DNA of 64,000 bases from Vicinamibacterales bacterium (GTDB lineage: Bacteria > Acidobacteriota > Vicinamibacteria > Vicinamibacterales > UBA2999): assembly GCA_040081265.1 (NCBI GenBank), contig JBEBGV010000003.1, positions 73,781 to 137,780 of the forward strand, written 5' to 3'. The position numbers and the translations under genes are program-made. Below, one piece after another: positions 61,636 to 64,000 of this stretch. Each line of letters opens with the position of its first letter. The first letter of the stretch is position 1. The notes under the pieces were generated by a model, which ran no database searches, had not been told where the DNA came from, and worked only from the letters and a program-made list of their open reading frames with translations.

Positions 61636-62735
61636 TGCGACTGATGGCGTGCGCCGTTGCGCTCGTGTGCGCCATGTCTCCAGCTGTGTCGGCACAGGTG
61701 CGGGCGGTCGCGACGCCGGAATCGCTCGTGCGGGATGGCGAAGCGGCGCTCAACGCCAAACGCTATCGCGACGCCTTTGACGCGTTCGCCGCCGCCGCGC
61801 ATGCCCGGCCACGAGACGTGTCGCTCTACGCGGCCGCCGGCTATGCCGCCGAACTGCTTGGCCAGATGGCTGACGCGCAGCAGTGGCTGGAGCGCGCGCT
61901 TCAGGTCGACCCTCGCTACACCACGGCCTCGACCATGCTCGGCCGCGTGCTGTACCAGCAGGGCAAGGTGACCGAGGCGGTCAGTGCACTCGAGACGGCC
62001 CTGCGCTACGCCCCGGCGAGCCAGGAGGTGATCCGGCAGCTCGAGCAATGGCGTAAAGAGGCCGAACTTCAGAGTCGCTTCTACGAGAGCCGCGGCGCCC
62101 ACTTCTCGGTGCTGTTCGAAGGACCGGCAGACGACGCGATTGCCAGGAAGGTCGTCGAGATCCTCGAGCAGGCCTATTACCGCATCGGCGGCGCGCTCAA
62201 TACCTATCCTGCCAGGACGATCACCGTGCTGCTCTACACGCAGCAGCAGTTTCAGGACGTGACGCGATCTCCGGGGTGGACCGGCGGAGTCTACGACGGA
62301 CGGATCAAGTTGCCGGTCGCGGGCGCACTCAATCGCGGCGCCGATCTGCAGCGCGTGGCCGAGCATGAGCTCGTGCACGCCGTGGTCTCGACCATGGCCG
62401 GGACGGCGGTGCCGACCTGGCTGCATGAGGGTCTGGCGATGACGCTGGAGGCGGGAGGCGGAGCATGGGCGGATGATGCGCTCGCACGCACGCCGGTGCG
62501 GGGATCGCTCGCGAGCCTCAGCAACGGCTTCGGCGCGCTCGACTCACAGCAGGCCACCCTGGCATATGCGCAGAGCGCGTTTGCCGTGAAGAAGATGGTG
62601 GCGATGCGCGGCATGCCAGCCGTGGTCGCGTTGATCCAGGACCTGGGCCGGGGCGCGACATTCGAGAGCGCGTTTGAACGAAGCATGTTCATGAGCTTCG
62701 AAGAATTCGGCGCGCTCGTCACGCGTCCACGGTAG
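61635..62735 (+). CDS. Secreted TPR-repeat + peptidase-MA-like (HExxH) protein
   Basis: The ATG at 61635 overlaps the PilZ stop (TAATG). Signal peptide MRLMACAVALVCAMSPAVSAQ. TPR-like units (AEL.G....A..WLERALQVDP). HELVHAV...PTWLHEGLA is a Peptidase_MA-type zinc motif. Confidence 0.8.
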   Translation: MRLMACAVALVCAMSPAVSAQVRAVATPESLVRDGEAALNAKRYRDAFDAFAAAAHARPRDVSLYAAAGYAAELLGQMADAQQWLERALQVDPRYTTASTMLGRVLYQQGKVTEAVSALETALRYAPASQEVIRQLEQWRKEAELQSRFYESRGAHFSVLFEGPADDAIARKVVEILEQAYYRIGGALNTYPARTITVLLYTQQQFQDVTRSPGWTGGVYDGRIKLPVAGALNRGADLQRVAEHELVHAVVSTMAGTAVPTWLHEGLAMTLEAGGGAWADDALARTPVRGSLASLSNGFGALDSQQATLAYAQSAFAVKKMVAMRGMPAVVALIQDLGRGATFESAFERSMFMSFEEFGALVTRPR

Positions 62736-63020
62736 AGCTGGCGCGCTTTCGCGTGCAGCTGCGCGCACCACCCACCTCGGGCATACGTTCCAAACTGTTA
62801 TCATCGACGTGCGGTTCAAAGACCTTTGGTCTGTCGTCGTTCTGGTGGCGCCGAGACAATAGTCTGGGTCTGCCGGGTTGAACCGCATCCGCGGGTGTGG
62901 ACCGCGTCGCTGGCCTGAAGGCGTTTTTGACGATAACGCTCAGCGATTTGCAAGGTTGAATGGAATCTAATCGAGCGTGGGGAGTGGGTACATCACTTGC
63001 CCCTTCCCGGCTCGAGGCAT

Positions 63021-64000
63021 ATGAGAAGTCACACTCCTGAACGTCCTTCGCGGCCTGGTCGACGGGTGCTCCTCGTCGGTGCTGCTGGCGTGCTCCTGAC
63101 CGTTGCGGTGCTCGCCGTTGGGCTGCGATTCTCGTCACCCTCACCGGCCGCGGATGCCTTTGATAATGCGGGCAGCGCACCCTCGTTTGGTGAGGCGCCG
63201 CTCAGTGATGCCCCGCTGATCGCCGAGCTGACCTCGGACAGCGCATCGAGTGGGCATCCCAACTACCGCCACTCAGTGGTCGCGGGCGGTGTCCACGATG
63301 TGGACGACGTCCAGCAGGCGGTGAGCACGGATCCAGTCGTCCGTGAGCACTACGCCAGGGTGTCGGTGGACAAGCTGAAGGTCGTCGCGGCGCCAGCGCG
63401 CCGGGATGCCTACATGTCGTATCGCATCGGCGATCGCGTGTACTGGACGTCGAAGAAGATTGCGCTCGCCGCGGGCGAAGCCGTGCTGACCGACGGGGTA
63501 ACCTCCATCCGCGCTCGCTGCGGCAACCTCATCTCGGATGAGGCGATGGGCCCCACCTCTGATCAGGAACCGCCGGCCTCTGCCTTCGACGCTGTGGAGC
63601 CGCGACGCAGTGCCCCGCTTCCTGTCGCCACGAGCGAAGACCTCACGGCGCTGGCCGGTGATCTGCTGGCCCGGTCTGGCGGCGGTGCTGCGAGCGTATT
63701 CCCCGGGCTTGCGCCAGGGACCTTCGACGGGATTGGACCAGGCAACAGTCAGGGTGTCGGTGGCTTCAGCTCCGGCAATATCGGTGGCTCGGCCGGGTCA
63801 ATTGGCGGGGGCTCAGGCCGTCGTTCGGGGCCGGGCGGCAGCAGTGACGGTGCGCTGACCGGTGAGACTCCTGAAGGCGGCAATCCCGGCGGTGATAATC
63901 CCGGCGAGGGCAACCCAGGCGGTCCTGGCGGGCCGGGCGGCCCCGGCGGCCCCGGTGGCCCAGGTGGTGGCGGCAACCCGGGGTTCGAGGAGCCGCACTT
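63021..64000 (+). CDS. N-terminally membrane-anchored hypothetical protein with a Gly/Pro-rich C-terminal region; 3' end beyond the window
   Basis: Not in the ORF track because there is no stop. My translation from the ATG at 63021 reads MRSHTPERPSRPGRRVLLVGAAGVLLTVAVLAVGLRFSSPS...YRIGDRVYWTSKKIALAAGEAVLTDG...GNPGGPGGPGGPGGPGGPGGGGNPGFEEPH. The frame is open through 64000. Confidence 0.7.
   Translation, partial: MRSHTPERPSRPGRRVLLVGAAGVLLTVAVLAVGLRFSSPSPAADAFDNAGSAPSFGEAPLSDAPLIAELTSDSASSGHPNYRHSVVAGGVHDVDDVQQAVSTDPVVREHYARVSVDKLKVVAAPARRDAYMSYRIGDRVYWTSKKIALAAGEAVLTDGVTSIRARCGNLISDEAMGPTSDQEPPASAFDAVEPRRSAPLPVATSEDLTALAGDLLARSGGGAASVFPGLAPGTFDGIGPGNSQGVGGFSSGNIGGSAGSIGGGSGRRSGPGGSSDGALTGETPEGGNPGGDNPGEGNPGGPGGPGGPGGPGGPGGGGNPGFEEPH

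Noticed and set aside
63895-63975. The GGPGGPGGPGGPGGP tract as a bacterial collagen-like triple-helix domain.
   Set aside because: Only about six Gly-X-Y-compatible triplets are visible before the window ends, which is too short to call. I treated it as a low-complexity Gly/Pro linker until the rest of the gene is seen.

Overview
GC-rich bacterial chromosomal window (about two-thirds G+C by eye, not computed). It is densely coding on both strands, with about 55 protein genes. I recognised no rRNA, tRNA, CRISPR array, transposase, integrase or phage genes. Most of the window is core metabolism and housekeeping. This includes a rubrerythrin/Fur-family peroxide module, an IorAB-type molybdo-oxidoreductase, metH, type III glutamine synthetase, speA, thrC, ahcY, asd and a class II photolyase. 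It also includes gluQ, aat-clpS-clpA, pdxH, an AddAB-type helicase-nuclease, adk, and M3B and M32 peptidases. The gene content is compatible with an Acidobacteriota-like soil bacterium, but taxonomy cannot be established from this window. Three things stand out. (1) At 53.1-64.0 kb, two tandem paralogous secreted Fn3/Ig-repeat proteins each carry an identical 19-nt sigma-54 -24/-12 element. Next to them lies a sigma-54 activator with no sensor domain, followed by a sigma-54-promoted, translationally coupled PilZ and TPR-zinc-peptidase gene pair and then a membrane-anchored Gly/Pro-rich protein. I interpret this as a possible c-di-GMP-linked sigma-54 adhesin regulon; that is a hypothesis. (2) Two paralogous ArsR-HTH plus SAM-methyltransferase-fold regulators (SahR-like) each sit directly upstream of a methyl-cycle gene (metH, ahcY), with different palindromes in their leaders. 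(3) Two arrays of five tandem heptanucleotides sit immediately after stop codons. Many long ORFs in the track are antisense or off-frame artefacts of GC-rich DNA and were not called.
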